From Pirellulales bacterium (lineage in GTDB: Bacteria; Planctomycetota; Planctomycetia; Pirellulales; JAICIG01), in contig JBBDYJ010000010.1 in assembly GCA_040901675.1 (NCBI GenBank), forward strand, positions 202,599-266,598: a DNA stretch of 64,000 bases, written 5' to 3'. Of the stretch, positions 18,658 to 28,770 are shown piece after piece; positions within the stretch are counted from its first letter, which is position 1; each line of letters starts with the position of its first letter. The notes below the pieces were generated by a model. That model worked only from the letters and a program-made list of their open reading frames with translations. It was not told where the DNA came from and searched no databases. Both the position numbers and the translations under genes were made by a program.

Positions 18658-20133
18658 ATGAACGACTGGCGGGAATTGGCTACTCAGTCGCGCAGAGGCT
18701 TCTTGACCAGCACGGCCGGCGGCATTGGAGGCGCGGCGCTGGCATCGCTCCTGGCCGGCGAGCTGAGTGCGAGCGAGCCCAGCCAGCACGAAGCCGCTGG
18801 AATGCCGGCCGGCGAGGATGGGCGGTTTGCTCCGCGGCCGCCGCACTTCCGGCCCAGTGCGACGCATTGCATTTTTATCTACCTGTACGGGGGCATCAGC
18901 CAACTCGATCTGTTCGATCCGAAGCCGAAGCTGGCCGAGCTGGATGGCCAGCCGCTGCCCGAGTCGCTGGCCGCCAACGTGCGGTTCGCCTTCGTCAAGA
19001 AGGACACGGCCCGCTTCCTGGCCAGCCCGCGCAAGTTCAGCCGGCACGGCCAGTGCGGCATGGAGATTTCGGAGCTGCTGCCGCATCTGGCCGGCTGCGT
19101 GGATGAGATCGCCCTGGTCCGCTCGATGCACACCGAGGCGTTCAACCATGCTCCGGGCGAGCTGATGACCAACACGGGCACGCTCGCCTCCGGACATCCC
19201 AGCGTGGGGGCCTGGCTCAGCTACGGGCTGGGCAGCGAGTCGACTGACTTGCCGGGCTACGTGGTGCTGATCCTGGGCGAGCGCATCAAGGCCTACACCT
19301 GGTCGAATGGTTTCCTGCCTTCGGTCCACCAGGGAGTGCGGCTGGGCAGCCAGGGCGAGCCGGTCCACAACCTGCACCGGCCGGCCGGCATGACCCCGGC
19401 GATCGACCGCAGCCAGCTCGACGCCATCCGCGACCTGAACCTGCTGAGCTATAGGCATCTGGGAGACCCGGAGATTGCGGCGCGGATCGCGGCCTACGAG
19501 CTGGCGTTTCGGATGCAGTCGGCGGCGCCGGAGTTGATCGACCTGTCGGCCGAGACCGCCGGCACGCTCAACTCGTATGGCACGGACCGCCCCGACGCTG
19601 ACGCCAAGACGTTCGCCACGCAATGCCTCTTGGCCCGCCGCCTGGTCGAGCGCGGCGTGCGCTTCGTGAACCTGATCCACAGCAACTGGGACCAGCACAA
19701 AGACCTCGACAGGGACCTGGCCCGCAACTGCCTGGTGGTCGACCAGCCGATCGCGGCCCTGCTGAAGGACCTGAAGCAGCGCGGTCTGTTCGATACCACG
19801 CTGGTGGTGGTCTGCACGGAGTTCGGCCGCACGCCCGTCTCGGACAACGGCCAGAAGCCCGACATGCCCAACGGCCGCGACCATCATCCCTCGGCTTTCA
19901 GCGTCTGGATGGCCGGTGGCGGCGTGCGAGGCGGCCAGGTGATCGGCCAGACCGACGAGTTCGGTTGGAACGTCGTGGAAGACCCGGTCCACGTCAACGA
20001 CTTCCATGCCACGATTCTGCACCTGTTCGGACTCGACCATTTGAAGTTGACTTATCGCTTCAAGGGACGCGATTTCCGCCTGACCGACGTGGGCGGCAAG
20101 GTGGTGCACAAACTGTTGAGGTCCGTGTCATGA
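18658..20133 (+). CDS. DUF1501 family protein (Tat)
   Basis: SRRGFL; GGISQLDLFDPKP; TEFGRTP; GRDHHP. Confidence 0.95.
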   Translation: MNDWRELATQSRRGFLTSTAGGIGGAALASLLAGELSASEPSQHEAAGMPAGEDGRFAPRPPHFRPSATHCIFIYLYGGISQLDLFDPKPKLAELDGQPLPESLAANVRFAFVKKDTARFLASPRKFSRHGQCGMEISELLPHLAGCVDEIALVRSMHTEAFNHAPGELMTNTGTLASGHPSVGAWLSYGLGSESTDLPGYVVLILGERIKAYTWSNGFLPSVHQGVRLGSQGEPVHNLHRPAGMTPAIDRSQLDAIRDLNLLSYRHLGDPEIAARIAAYELAFRMQSAAPELIDLSAETAGTLNSYGTDRPDADAKTFATQCLLARRLVERGVRFVNLIHSNWDQHKDLDRDLARNCLVVDQPIAALLKDLKQRGLFDTTLVVVCTEFGRTPVSDNGQKPDMPNGRDHHPSAFSVWMAGGGVRGGQVIGQTDEFGWNVVEDPVHVNDFHATILHLFGLDHLKLTYRFKGRDFRLTDVGGKVVHKLLRSVS

Positions 20134-21848
20134 CAACCACGCCCGATTGGCTGGAACGCTTGAACAAGGCAACCAATTATCAGCAGCTCCGCGAGATTCT
20201 CGCCGAGTTGACCGCCGACGTGCGGGACGGGGAGAACCCGGAGCTGGCCCACGGCATCGACGAGGCCGTCAGGCGCCTGGAAGTCGAGCGCAGCGACGAC
20301 CAGGAGGAGCTGCGCGAGATCCAGGCCCGTTACGAGTCGTTCAAGGAAGAACACCGGGGGCTGATCGGCTGGATCATGCGGCACCTTCCATTTACCAGCA
20401 CGCGGCGGAAGGAGATCGAGCATCGCCGCGGAGTGGCCGACCAGGAGGCCGAGATCCTGGCCGACAGCCTGGTGATTGCCCGCCTGCGAATGTTCAAGGA
20501 GCGGATCCTGCCGACAACCGAGCGCAAGTTGGGGTTGCGGCCCCACGATTGGGAGGCCCGGCTGAAACAAGCGTCGGCGAAATACAGGCCAGAACAGTTG
20601 GCTCCCCTGATCAAGGACCTGTTGGCCGAGCAGGACGACTCGCGAGCCTTTTCACAAGAGCTGAAAAGCGAGGTGGACGCCTTTGAGCAGGCCAAGTTCC
20701 AGAGTGCCGACGACCGGGAGCGGCGCGACGCGGATCTGGCACAGGCCAGGCGAGAATTGGCCGAAATCGAAAGCGAGATCGACCTCGAGGCTCAACTCAA
20801 GCAGGAAGCCTTCTCGGACTTTGGCCGAGCCGTCAGAGTGGATCTCGAGGTCACCAACCCCGAATTCCGCCAGGACGGCGAGAAAGCGATCATCCTCGAG
20901 GCAGGGTTGGCCGACCTGGACAAGGCCAGCACGGCCACTGCTGCCTTGACGGCCCAGGCCGGCACGGTCCGCGGCCTGGCCCGCGAGCTTGCCAGCCTGC
21001 CGGATGAGCTCGACCGGCTGCGCGATTCGATCAATCGCCAGGAGGGGAAGCGGGGCGAACTGGCGGCGCAGTGCGCCCGCGCCAGCGGCATCGTCGACGA
21101 GCGGCGGAGCCGATGGGAAGAAGCCGATGCCGCGGTCAAACGCCAGCAGCACGTGCTGGCCGGCGCCAAGCAGGCCTACGACGCCTACCAGGCCCAGCAA
21201 AAGAGCGAACAGGCCATGCCCGTCGCCGTCGAGGCTGACACGACCTCGCCCATGTGGCGGCAATACAGCGAAGCGCAGGCGGCGCTGGCGGCCGCCGAAG
21301 CCCGGCGCAACCAGGCCGCGGCGCCTTACGAAAGCGCCAAACGTGAGGCGGCGGCCGCGCAGGCGGCGCTCGACAAGCTGACTGGAGAGCTGACAGGCTT
21401 GCGGTCGCAACTCGACAAACGCCAAGAGAGCGAACCAAGACTGCGCCGCGAGCTGGACGAAGCCAGAGGGGCATGCCAGACGGCTTTCTCGACGGCCGCG
21501 TTGGCTCTCGGCGGGTTTTTGAGGCTACCTTGGCCCGCCGCGCGGCCGCCGTTTCGCCCGGAAGAGCTGGCGCCCGGCACCTTCGGCTGGCTGGCCGAGC
21601 AGGGGCTCCAGGGCGAGCTGGCCGAGGCGCTGGTCGACAACGACCAGCAGCGTCAGTCGCAGGCGCTGGCCGTGCTGGATGCGATTTCACGGTGGCAAGG
21701 CGGGCAGCGCGAGGCGCTGGACCGCGAGCGATCGGCCGCCCGCCAGCGCCGCGACGCGGTCTGGGAGCGCCGCTGCCTCGAGCTGTTAGGCGACGCACTG
21801 ACCGAAGAGGCCCGCACAGGATCGCCGTCCGATGCCGCCCGGCAGTGA
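20130..21848 (+). CDS. Long coiled-coil hypothetical protein
   Basis: ATGA overlap with DUF1501 stop; Ala/Glu/Arg/Gln-rich heptad pattern; no ATPase motif seen. Confidence 0.7.
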   Translation: MTTTPDWLERLNKATNYQQLREILAELTADVRDGENPELAHGIDEAVRRLEVERSDDQEELREIQARYESFKEEHRGLIGWIMRHLPFTSTRRKEIEHRRGVADQEAEILADSLVIARLRMFKERILPTTERKLGLRPHDWEARLKQASAKYRPEQLAPLIKDLLAEQDDSRAFSQELKSEVDAFEQAKFQSADDRERRDADLAQARRELAEIESEIDLEAQLKQEAFSDFGRAVRVDLEVTNPEFRQDGEKAIILEAGLADLDKASTATAALTAQAGTVRGLARELASLPDELDRLRDSINRQEGKRGELAAQCARASGIVDERRSRWEEADAAVKRQQHVLAGAKQAYDAYQAQQKSEQAMPVAVEADTTSPMWRQYSEAQAALAAAEARRNQAAAPYESAKREAAAAQAALDKLTGELTGLRSQLDKRQESEPRLRRELDEARGACQTAFSTAALALGGFLRLPWPAARPPFRPEELAPGTFGWLAEQGLQGELAEALVDNDQQRQSQALAVLDAISRWQGGQREALDRERSAARQRRDAVWERRCLELLGDALTEEARTGSPSDAARQ

Positions 21849-21974
21849 AAGATTTCGATATTGTGCGGTTCTTGTGCTGCTTGAGCTATTATTTCAGTGC
21901 CGTTGGACCACGAACCTTCGAGTTGGTGCGCGGGTCGCAAGGCGGGAACAACAATCTTTGCCGTGGAGAAGATC

Positions 21975-22820
21975 ATGAATCGCGGATCGCACGTCGGCGG
22001 GAGGCACGGCCGCGGCTCGGCCCTATTGCGCGTCTTCGTTGTCGGCGGTTTTGGGCTATTGCTCGCCGGCTGCAGCTCCAGGCCGACGATGACCGGGTAT
22101 TGGGAGGGGAGCGGACGCGCCGTGGAAGTGCCGATGAAAGACGACTTCAAGGAACTGCGGCGAAGCGCGGATTTCACGTTCTGGTTCGTGTTGGACGGCG
22201 AGGGCAGCGCGCGAGGCGAGATCGAGCTGGTCTACGATGCCGAACTGAAGGTCGAGAATCTTCCGCAGATGGACCTGGGTTGGATCAGTTTCAGGCCCCA
22301 GGTGGGTGGCAAGGTGACCGACCTGGATCCGCGGCGCCGTTTTCCGATTGTGGGCGTGCGTGATGGGAGCAATTTGATCCTCGCAATTGCCACCGCGGAT
22401 GCCGACCGCAAGCCCTTGGAGTTCACCATGCGCAGCACGCCCGGCGTCGGCGTCAGAATGGGCGGCGGGCTGGGCGGGGCCGTGGCCGCCACGGGACCAG
22501 CGGGCGGCGCGGGGGACACTCAAAAAATACCGATGACTCCGTTCACTCCCTTTGGAGGTCCCGCCACAATCGAAAAGCGCCCCAAGGGTCCCTTCGCGGC
22601 CAGGTACGAATCGCGCTCCGACAGTGCCGTCACCACCTGGAGCGCGGCTCAGGCGGGAGGCGAGCAACGGAAAGTCGAAGCCACGCCGGAGCTGGAACGC
22701 GCGCTCTTGGAACTTCGAGAAAGCCTGGCGCCCGACGGCGAAGGCGGCGCGGGCGCCGACGACGGGGATGGAGGAGGAGAGGGCGAGTTTGACCCGAATG
22801 CCCCGTACCCCAACGTTTGA
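21975..22820 (+). CDS. Putative lipoprotein
   Basis: GGAG RBS; hydrophobic stretch ending LLLAG-C lipobox. Confidence 0.7.
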   Translation: MNRGSHVGGRHGRGSALLRVFVVGGFGLLLAGCSSRPTMTGYWEGSGRAVEVPMKDDFKELRRSADFTFWFVLDGEGSARGEIELVYDAELKVENLPQMDLGWISFRPQVGGKVTDLDPRRRFPIVGVRDGSNLILAIATADADRKPLEFTMRSTPGVGVRMGGGLGGAVAATGPAGGAGDTQKIPMTPFTPFGGPATIEKRPKGPFAARYESRSDSAVTTWSAAQAGGEQRKVEATPELERALLELRESLAPDGEGGAGADDGDGGGEGEFDPNAPYPNV

Positions 22821-22850
22821 ACGCGCCTGGAATGCTTGGTTCGGTCGAAA

Positions 22851-22956
22851 GCGGCCCGAATTCTGGCGAATCCGGCTACCAGCAGCGGCCCGAGTTTTCT
22901 GGCGAAATCCGGCTACCAGCAGCGGCCCGAATTCTGGCGAATCCGAATCCGGCTAC
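22851..22956. repeat. Three tandem GTAG-type REP-like units (family A)
   Basis: GCGGCCCGAATTCTGGCGAATCCGGCTAC x3 with variants; same motif at 16379-16398 and, inverted, twice at 27453-27510. Confidence 0.85.
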
Positions 22957-22964
22957 GAGAAGGC

Positions 22965-23822
22965 TCACTTGAACGCCTCGATGATCGCGCAGTTGTCGGC
23001 ATCGCCTAGTCCGGCGTCCGCCAGGCGCTGGAGCAGCTCGCGGTGCAGCGCGGACAAAGGCAGCTTGGCGCCGTCCCGCTCGCCGGACGCGAGAATCAAG
23101 CCCACGTCCTTCAGGTGCTGCGACAGCCGCGCTTCGGGCGTGAAGTCGCCGTCGATCATCTTGCGCCCCTTGCTGTCCATCGCACGCGAATAGGTGGCGC
23201 TCGACGCGAGCACCTCCAGCGCTTGAACCTGGTCGAGTCCCAGGCGGCCGGCCAGTGCCAGACCTTCGGCCAGGGCCGCCCGGTTCAAGCCCAGCACCAG
23301 GTTGAAGACCAGCTTCATCCGCGCCCCGCTGCCCCAACTGCCCAGGTAGAACGATTGGCGGGCAAAGCTCGACAGCAGGTCCTGGCAGTCCTGGAACACC
23401 GAGCGGCGGCCACCGACCATGGCGATCGCCTGGCCGTTGCGTGCCATGGAACTGGAGCCGCCCACCGTGGCATCGAGGTAATCGACGCCGTCGTGCGCTA
23501 GTGTCTGGGCCACCGCAAGGCTGGCCGCCGGATCGCCCGTCGTCGTGTCGACCACCACGTGGCCCGGCCGGAGCAGGCGGCCCATCTGGGAGACAACCGC
23601 GGCAACCACGTCGCTGTCGGGGAGGCACAGCAGAACATGGTCTACGTCGGCGGCCAGCGCGCCGGGCGATTGCGCCCGACGCAGACCCGCTTTTTCGAGC
23701 GAGTCCATCCGCGCCGGGTCGATGTCGTAACCGAAGACCAGGAAACCCACGGCAACCAAACGTTCGACAATCGCGCTGCCCAACAACCCGAGGCCCACCA
23801 CCCCGATCGTCCCGCGCTGCAC
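22965..23822 (-). CDS. NAD(P)-dependent beta-hydroxyacid dehydrogenase (3-HIBADH family)
   Basis: GVVGLGLLG, LDATVGGS, GARMKLVFN, HLKDV; GGAGG RBS before GTG 23822. Confidence 0.9.
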   Translation of the reverse strand: MQRGTIGVVGLGLLGSAIVERLVAVGFLVFGYDIDPARMDSLEKAGLRRAQSPGALAADVDHVLLCLPDSDVVAAVVSQMGRLLRPGHVVVDTTTGDPAASLAVAQTLAHDGVDYLDATVGGSSSMARNGQAIAMVGGRRSVFQDCQDLLSSFARQSFYLGSWGSGARMKLVFNLVLGLNRAALAEGLALAGRLGLDQVQALEVLASSATYSRAMDSKGRKMIDGDFTPEARLSQHLKDVGLILASGERDGAKLPLSALHRELLQRLADAGLGDADNCAIIEAFK

Positions 23823-24037
23823 GGATACGCCTCCTCTTGCCTCCCCCGATTGATCAAGCGGATGCCAACCCAGAATGCCGACATGATAGCCAGGATTCCA
23901 AAATCCGGCCAGCAATTGCCCCCCCCATGCCTGTGCCGTAGTCGGTCAGTTTGAACTGGCTGAGGTGTATGGGCCTCCTGCCAAAGAGAATTCCCTAGAC
24001 CCTAGACGACACCCGTCTCGATCAATAGCATGTAAGC

Positions 24038-24301
24038 ATGCCTAAACGCTCAAGCAAGCAGAAAGACGCGCAGCAACTCGGCCGCCAGGTGCTCAACGCC
24101 GTGGTCCCCGATGCCGACCCGGTCCGGCCCGCAACGGCAGCGAAAGCAAAGAATCCGGCCGCCGTCGCCTTGGGCCGACTCGGGGGTGCCAAGGGCGGGA
24201 AGGCGAGGGCCAAGAAGCTGACGGCCGAGCAGCGCACCAACATCGCACGGAAAGCTGCTCAGAAGCGATGGGCTAAAACAATCGTCCCTGATCATCATTA
24301 G
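24038..24301 (+). CDS. Small basic KGG-motif protein of the type found in IS-like elements
   Basis: KNPAAVALGRLGGAKGGKARAKKLTAEQRTNIARKAAQKRW. Confidence 0.8.
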   Translation: MPKRSSKQKDAQQLGRQVLNAVVPDADPVRPATAAKAKNPAAVALGRLGGAKGGKARAKKLTAEQRTNIARKAAQKRWAKTIVPDHH

Positions 24302-25547
24302 GATCACGGGTTGCGCGCAAGTCGTCGTCTGAAAGAATGCCTTCGTCTAGCCCTTTCATTACGACGAATGGCTGCATAAGCGGGTTATCAAAACGAAATC
24401 GTGGTCGGTTTGCCCAGTCCATCTTCTTTAAAACCGGTCCCCTTTCCGGCTCACTGAACGCGTGAAGGTGTCGTGCGAACGCTTCGATTCCATATACCCG
24501 CTTCAGAATTCGCTCAAGCGGTTCGCGAACGTCTGATGGGGCGAAATACCCGAACTCATCAGTTCGTGCAAGCGCGCATGCCAAGAGTACCTGCTTGTAG
24601 AGGGCGTTCTTCTTTGTGCTGATTGTTGCTTTGCTGTAGGCGCTTTGAATGGTAACTTGCGCCCGTGATGTCGCGGTACGTGCGGCGGTGGAAACGTGGC
24701 CTTGAGTGATCGTCTTCAATCCCTCCTCCACTGCGAGACGGCCGGCGTGAAGCCCAAGCAGGTGCGCGTATTGCGGCAAGCCAATGGCAATGCGAGACAC
24801 TTCGTGAAGACCACCACGCTCAATCGTCATGCCGGCTTTACCGAGTGAAGTCGTCACGATGGCCTCGATTTCATCTCGCGACATCCGCGGCATCCTCACC
24901 TGCGCGACGCATCGTTCGATTGAACGGTGCTCTGCTATCAAAGTCTCGACGTCATCCGCGACGCCAATCAAAACAATAGTGCCAGGAATATTGCGATCGG
25001 AGAAATACTTGATCGTCTCAGCCATATGTTGCCGTGTTGCATCGTCGGTAATGGTATCGAATTCGTCGATGATCAAGATCACGACCATATTGGCGTCGGA
25101 TAGGTCGGTGACGATCCGACGCGCCATTTCCGATGTGAAGTCAATCCGCAGTTCGTTTTGGAAGTCGTAGACGGCCTTCTTGACGGACCTTGGGAGCGCG
25201 ATCTTATCCTTATCCGCCCGATAGGCAATGTCGTCCAGGAGCGCCGTCCAGATCGCGTTTGAATCGACCTTGCCAGTGCAGTTAACGTGAGGTGCCAACA
25301 CATGGGCGCCCGGACATTGCGCGCGAAACATCAGCATATTGGCAAGCGAAGTCTTCCCGACGCCCCGCTCACCGTACAAGATCACGTGCTGTCCGGGCTG
25401 GTTGATGGCATCCAATATCTCCCGAGCCTGGGCACGACGACCCGAAAACAGGTCTTCGCGGTTGATCGGCATCGTCGGCTTGAAATATTGTCCGAGGCTG
25501 AATTCAAGCTCTTCACGCTCACTTGAAGACATTCCCATAAAAAACAC
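24273..25547 (-). CDS. Cdc6/ORC1-like AAA+ ATPase with probable C-terminal winged helix
   Basis: FSGR, Walker A GERGVGKTS, Walker B ILIIDEFD; start may be a downstream ATG. Confidence 0.85.
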   Translation of the reverse strand: MFFMGMSSSEREELEFSLGQYFKPTMPINREDLFSGRRAQAREILDAINQPGQHVILYGERGVGKTSLANMLMFRAQCPGAHVLAPHVNCTGKVDSNAIWTALLDDIAYRADKDKIALPRSVKKAVYDFQNELRIDFTSEMARRIVTDLSDANMVVILIIDEFDTITDDATRQHMAETIKYFSDRNIPGTIVLIGVADDVETLIAEHRSIERCVAQVRMPRMSRDEIEAIVTTSLGKAGMTIERGGLHEVSRIAIGLPQYAHLLGLHAGRLAVEEGLKTITQGHVSTAARTATSRAQVTIQSAYSKATISTKKNALYKQVLLACALARTDEFGYFAPSDVREPLERILKRVYGIEAFARHLHAFSEPERGPVLKKMDWANRPRFRFDNPLMQPFVVMKGLDEGILSDDDLRATRDPNDDQGRLF

Positions 25548-25766
25548 CTGCGGCAGGGCGTCGGAAGGGCTATGGCATGGGTTCGTGTAGCATCGTGTAG
25601 AACATGCTAACGATCAGGTAGTTCTTCCGTCAAGGGCGGAACTATGCTTGACTGCTCAAGCATGATGGCTCAGATTTACGTGCTGCGCCGCGGGCCCTTG
25701 CCCTGACCCGTGAATTCTGCTGTTTAGATGGACGATTTCAGCTTCTCCTATTCTCCCCCGCTCGCC

Positions 25767-27446
25767 ATGCCGCAACCGCTGAATAAGTACAGCTCACGCA
25801 TCACCCAGCCCAAGAGCCAAGGGGCCAGCCAGGCCATGCTCTACGGCACCGGACTCTCGCCCGACGACATGCAGAAGCCCCAGGTCGGCATCGCCAGCAT
25901 GTGGTACGAGGGGAACACCTGCAACATGCACCTCGACCGGCTGGCGGCCCAGGTCAAGGAGGGAGTGACGGCGGCGGGCATGGTGGGCATGCGCTTCAAC
26001 ACCATCGGCGTCAGCGACGGCATCTCGATGGGCACCGAAGGGATGAGCTACTCGCTGCAGTCGCGGGACCTGATCGCCGACTCGATCGAGACGGTCATGC
26101 ACGCCCAGTGGTACGACGCCAATATCTCGTTGCCCGGCTGCGACAAGAACATGCCCGGCTGCCTGATCGCCATGGGCCGCGTCAACCGCCCCGCACTGAT
26201 GGTCTACGGCGGCACGATCAAGCCGGGGCACAGGGACGGGGAGAAGCTGGACATCGTCTCCGCCTTCCAGTGCTACGGCGAGTACCTGGCGGGGAAGCTG
26301 GACGAGCCGGGGCGCGCCGAAGTGGTCCGCAAAAGCTGCCCGGGCGCGGGGGCCTGCGGCGGCATGTACACGGCCAACACGATGGCTTCGGCCATTGAGG
26401 CCATGGGGATGACGTTGCCGTACAGCTCTTCGATTCCGGCCGAGGATCCAGCCAAGCAGGACGAGTGCCTGCGGGCCGGCGCGGCCATCCGCGTCTGCCT
26501 CCAGCGGGACATCAAGCCGCGCGACGTCATGACGCGCCGCGCGTTCGAGAATGCCATGGTCGTGGTCATGGCGGTGGGCGGTTCGACCAACGCGGTGCTG
26601 CACTTGATCGCCATGGCCCGCGCGGTGGGCGTTGAACTTTCCATCGACGACTTCCAGAAAGTGAGCAGCCGCGTCCCCTTCCTGGCCGACTTGAAGCCCA
26701 GCGGCCGCTACGTGCAGGAGGACCTGCACCGCGTGGGCGGCACGCCGGCCGTGATGAAGTACCTGTTGGAGAAAGGCCTGCTCGACGGCGATTGCCTCAC
26801 GGTGACCGGGCGCACCATTGCCGAGAACCTGGCCGATCTGCCCGGTTTCACCGCCGGCCAGGATGTGTTTCATCCCATCGAGGATCCGATCAAGCCCACC
26901 GGCCATATCCAGATTCTGCGCGGCAACCTGGCCCCGCAGGGCGCCGTGGCCAAGATCACCGGCAAGGAAGGCGAACGCTTCAGCGGGCCGGCCAAGGTTT
27001 TTGATTCCGAGGAAGCGATGCTGGCGGCCCTGGAACAGAAGCAAATCGCCAAAGGCGACGTGGTGATCATCCGTTTCGAGGGGCCCAAGGGAGGGCCCGG
27101 CATGCCGGAAATGTTGACGCCCACGTCGGCCATCATGGGCGCCGGGCTGGGCAAAGAGGTGGCGCTGTTGACCGATGGGCGCTTCTCGGGCGGTTCGCAC
27201 GGCTTCATCGTGGGGCACATTACGCCGGAGGCCCAGGAGGGAGGACCGATCGCGCTGGTCGCCAACGGCGACCGGGTGACGATCGACGGCCGTCGCAACC
27301 TGCTGGAAGTGGAGTTGAGCGAGGCGGAATTGGCGTCGCGGCGGACGCGTTGGAAGGCGCCCCCTTACAAGGCCACCCGCGGCACGCTCTACAAGTACAT
27401 CAAGAACGTCAAGAGCGCCTCGGAAGGCTGTGTCACCGACGAGTGA
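25767..27446 (+). CDS. ilvD: Dihydroxy-acid dehydratase
   Basis: [47 protein letters not shown]. Confidence 0.97.
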   Translation: MPQPLNKYSSRITQPKSQGASQAMLYGTGLSPDDMQKPQVGIASMWYEGNTCNMHLDRLAAQVKEGVTAAGMVGMRFNTIGVSDGISMGTEGMSYSLQSRDLIADSIETVMHAQWYDANISLPGCDKNMPGCLIAMGRVNRPALMVYGGTIKPGHRDGEKLDIVSAFQCYGEYLAGKLDEPGRAEVVRKSCPGAGACGGMYTANTMASAIEAMGMTLPYSSSIPAEDPAKQDECLRAGAAIRVCLQRDIKPRDVMTRRAFENAMVVVMAVGGSTNAVLHLIAMARAVGVELSIDDFQKVSSRVPFLADLKPSGRYVQEDLHRVGGTPAVMKYLLEKGLLDGDCLTVTGRTIAENLADLPGFTAGQDVFHPIEDPIKPTGHIQILRGNLAPQGAVAKITGKEGERFSGPAKVFDSEEAMLAALEQKQIAKGDVVIIRFEGPKGGPGMPEMLTPTSAIMGAGLGKEVALLTDGRFSGGSHGFIVGHITPEAQEGGPIALVANGDRVTIDGRRNLLEVELSEAELASRRTRWKAPPYKATRGTLYKYIKNVKSASEGCVTDE

Positions 27447-27452
27447 GACTTG

Positions 27453-27614
27453 CCGTAGCTGGATTCGCCAGAATTCAGGCAACCGTAGCTGAATTCGCCA
27501 GAATTCAGGCATTCTGAACGCCGACTTCTCACTCCTGAACCTCTGAGCGCCCGACGGACCCGGCGCAGCACTGCTTCTCGGCCCCGACACGTCGGGGCCT
27601 CCAAGCAGTGGCAC
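27453..27614. repeat. REP cluster: two family A units plus one family C palindrome
   Basis: CCGTAGCTG(G/A)ATTCGCCAGAATTCAGGC x2; GCAGCACTGCTTCTCGGCCCCGACACGTCGGGGCCTCCAAGCAGTGGCAC at 27565-27614. Confidence 0.85.
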
Positions 27615-27918
27615 TCCTGAACTTTTGCGTTGAGCGGCCAGAACTCTGGCGAGTCCTGCTACGCGCTGGGCAGCCCCATTTGCTTGTGCCACCGGGGTTT
27701 AGGGAGGTCAGGTGTGCAGTCGTGCCGCCCTGGCTAGCGGCCCGCAGAAGCGGCATTTCCGTTGTACCTTTCCAGGGTGGACGGGCCGAAGTCGAGCAAA
27801 ACGGCTTTTTGGCGATTTTTGTAGCAACCTTGGCTGAACAAGGCGGACAATCAGGATAGCCACTGGTTCCCTCGGGGTTGCTCCCGAACCAGGCAATCCC
27901 CTCTTTGGAGCGCAGACC

Positions 27919-28761
27919 ATGAATACAAAGCGTGTGTTGTCGACCCTTGTGTTGCTCTCCTGGCTGACGTCGCCGGCGGCTGTCCGGGCCGAGGAGCCCT
28001 CGTTCCGAGACCTGGTTCGCAAGTACGTCCATCTCAAGACGGTGGGCAGCCCCACCCAGCCCTTACCCGGCCTGCCCGAGGACATCCAGAAGATAGTGGC
28101 GCTGGAGTACGAAGTGCTCCTCATGGAAAACGGCGAGGAGAGGGCGGTCGACCCGGCCAAGCACGAGTTCCAGCTTGGCGACCAGATCAGGGTCCGGATC
28201 CGCTCGCTCAGCGACCTGTACATTTACATCTTCTATGAAGGGGCGGGCGGCGAGCGCAAGTGCCTCTTGCCCGATCCCGATTTCAAGGACTCGTCGCCCC
28301 TGGCCAAAAGCGACCAACTGCTGCGGCTGCCGGCTGACGACACCGCCTTCACTTTCGAAGCTCCCGCCGGCGAAGATAAGCTGATCGTCGTGGCCACCGA
28401 GGAACCGAGCGACGACCTGGCGGCCCTGTCCGACGTGGTCTTCAAGTCGCCGGACGAGCCGCTCACGCCGGAGCAAGAGGAGCTCCAGAAAAAGCTGAAG
28501 GTGCGCAACGAAATGGTGCTCAAGTCGATCCGCGAAAGACAGGCCAAGGGAACCCGCTATCGCGGCTTGTTCGACGACGACAGCCTCGAGCAGGTCGCCC
28601 TGGAGATCGACCGGCAGGGGACGACACGGGCCATCCTGGAAGAGCCAATGCACGAAGGCGAGACCAGCACCTTTGCCATGGCTGCCACCTTCAAAGAAGA
28701 CAACCCGGCCGAATTGTTCGTCTCGATCCCGCTGACTTCGGTCTCCAAAGGCAAGCGCTAA
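27919..28761 (+). CDS. Secreted DUF4384-domain protein
   Basis: Signal peptide (AVRA); FQLGDQIRVRIRSLSDLYIYIF...FTFEAPAGEDKLIVVA. Confidence 0.8.
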   Translation: MNTKRVLSTLVLLSWLTSPAAVRAEEPSFRDLVRKYVHLKTVGSPTQPLPGLPEDIQKIVALEYEVLLMENGEERAVDPAKHEFQLGDQIRVRIRSLSDLYIYIFYEGAGGERKCLLPDPDFKDSSPLAKSDQLLRLPADDTAFTFEAPAGEDKLIVVATEEPSDDLAALSDVVFKSPDEPLTPEQEELQKKLKVRNEMVLKSIRERQAKGTRYRGLFDDDSLEQVALEIDRQGTTRAILEEPMHEGETSTFAMAATFKEDNPAELFVSIPLTSVSKGKR

Positions 28762-28770
28762 GGACGTGCC

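Larger units (their letters stand above)
23936..25690. mobile_element. Probable non-autonomous IS1-like cassette carrying an AAA+ ATPase
   Basis: Lower GC (about 53% in a hand-counted 60-nt line); left end CCGTAGTCGGTCAGTTTGAA with a minus-strand GPYxxxxSN* stub; palindrome ATGCTTGA-N4-TCAAGCAT near right end; KGG small protein. Confidence 0.5.

Noticed and set aside
22851..22956. Possible mini-CRISPR array
   Set aside because: Units are contiguous without unique spacers, no cas genes are present, and the motif is dispersed like a REP
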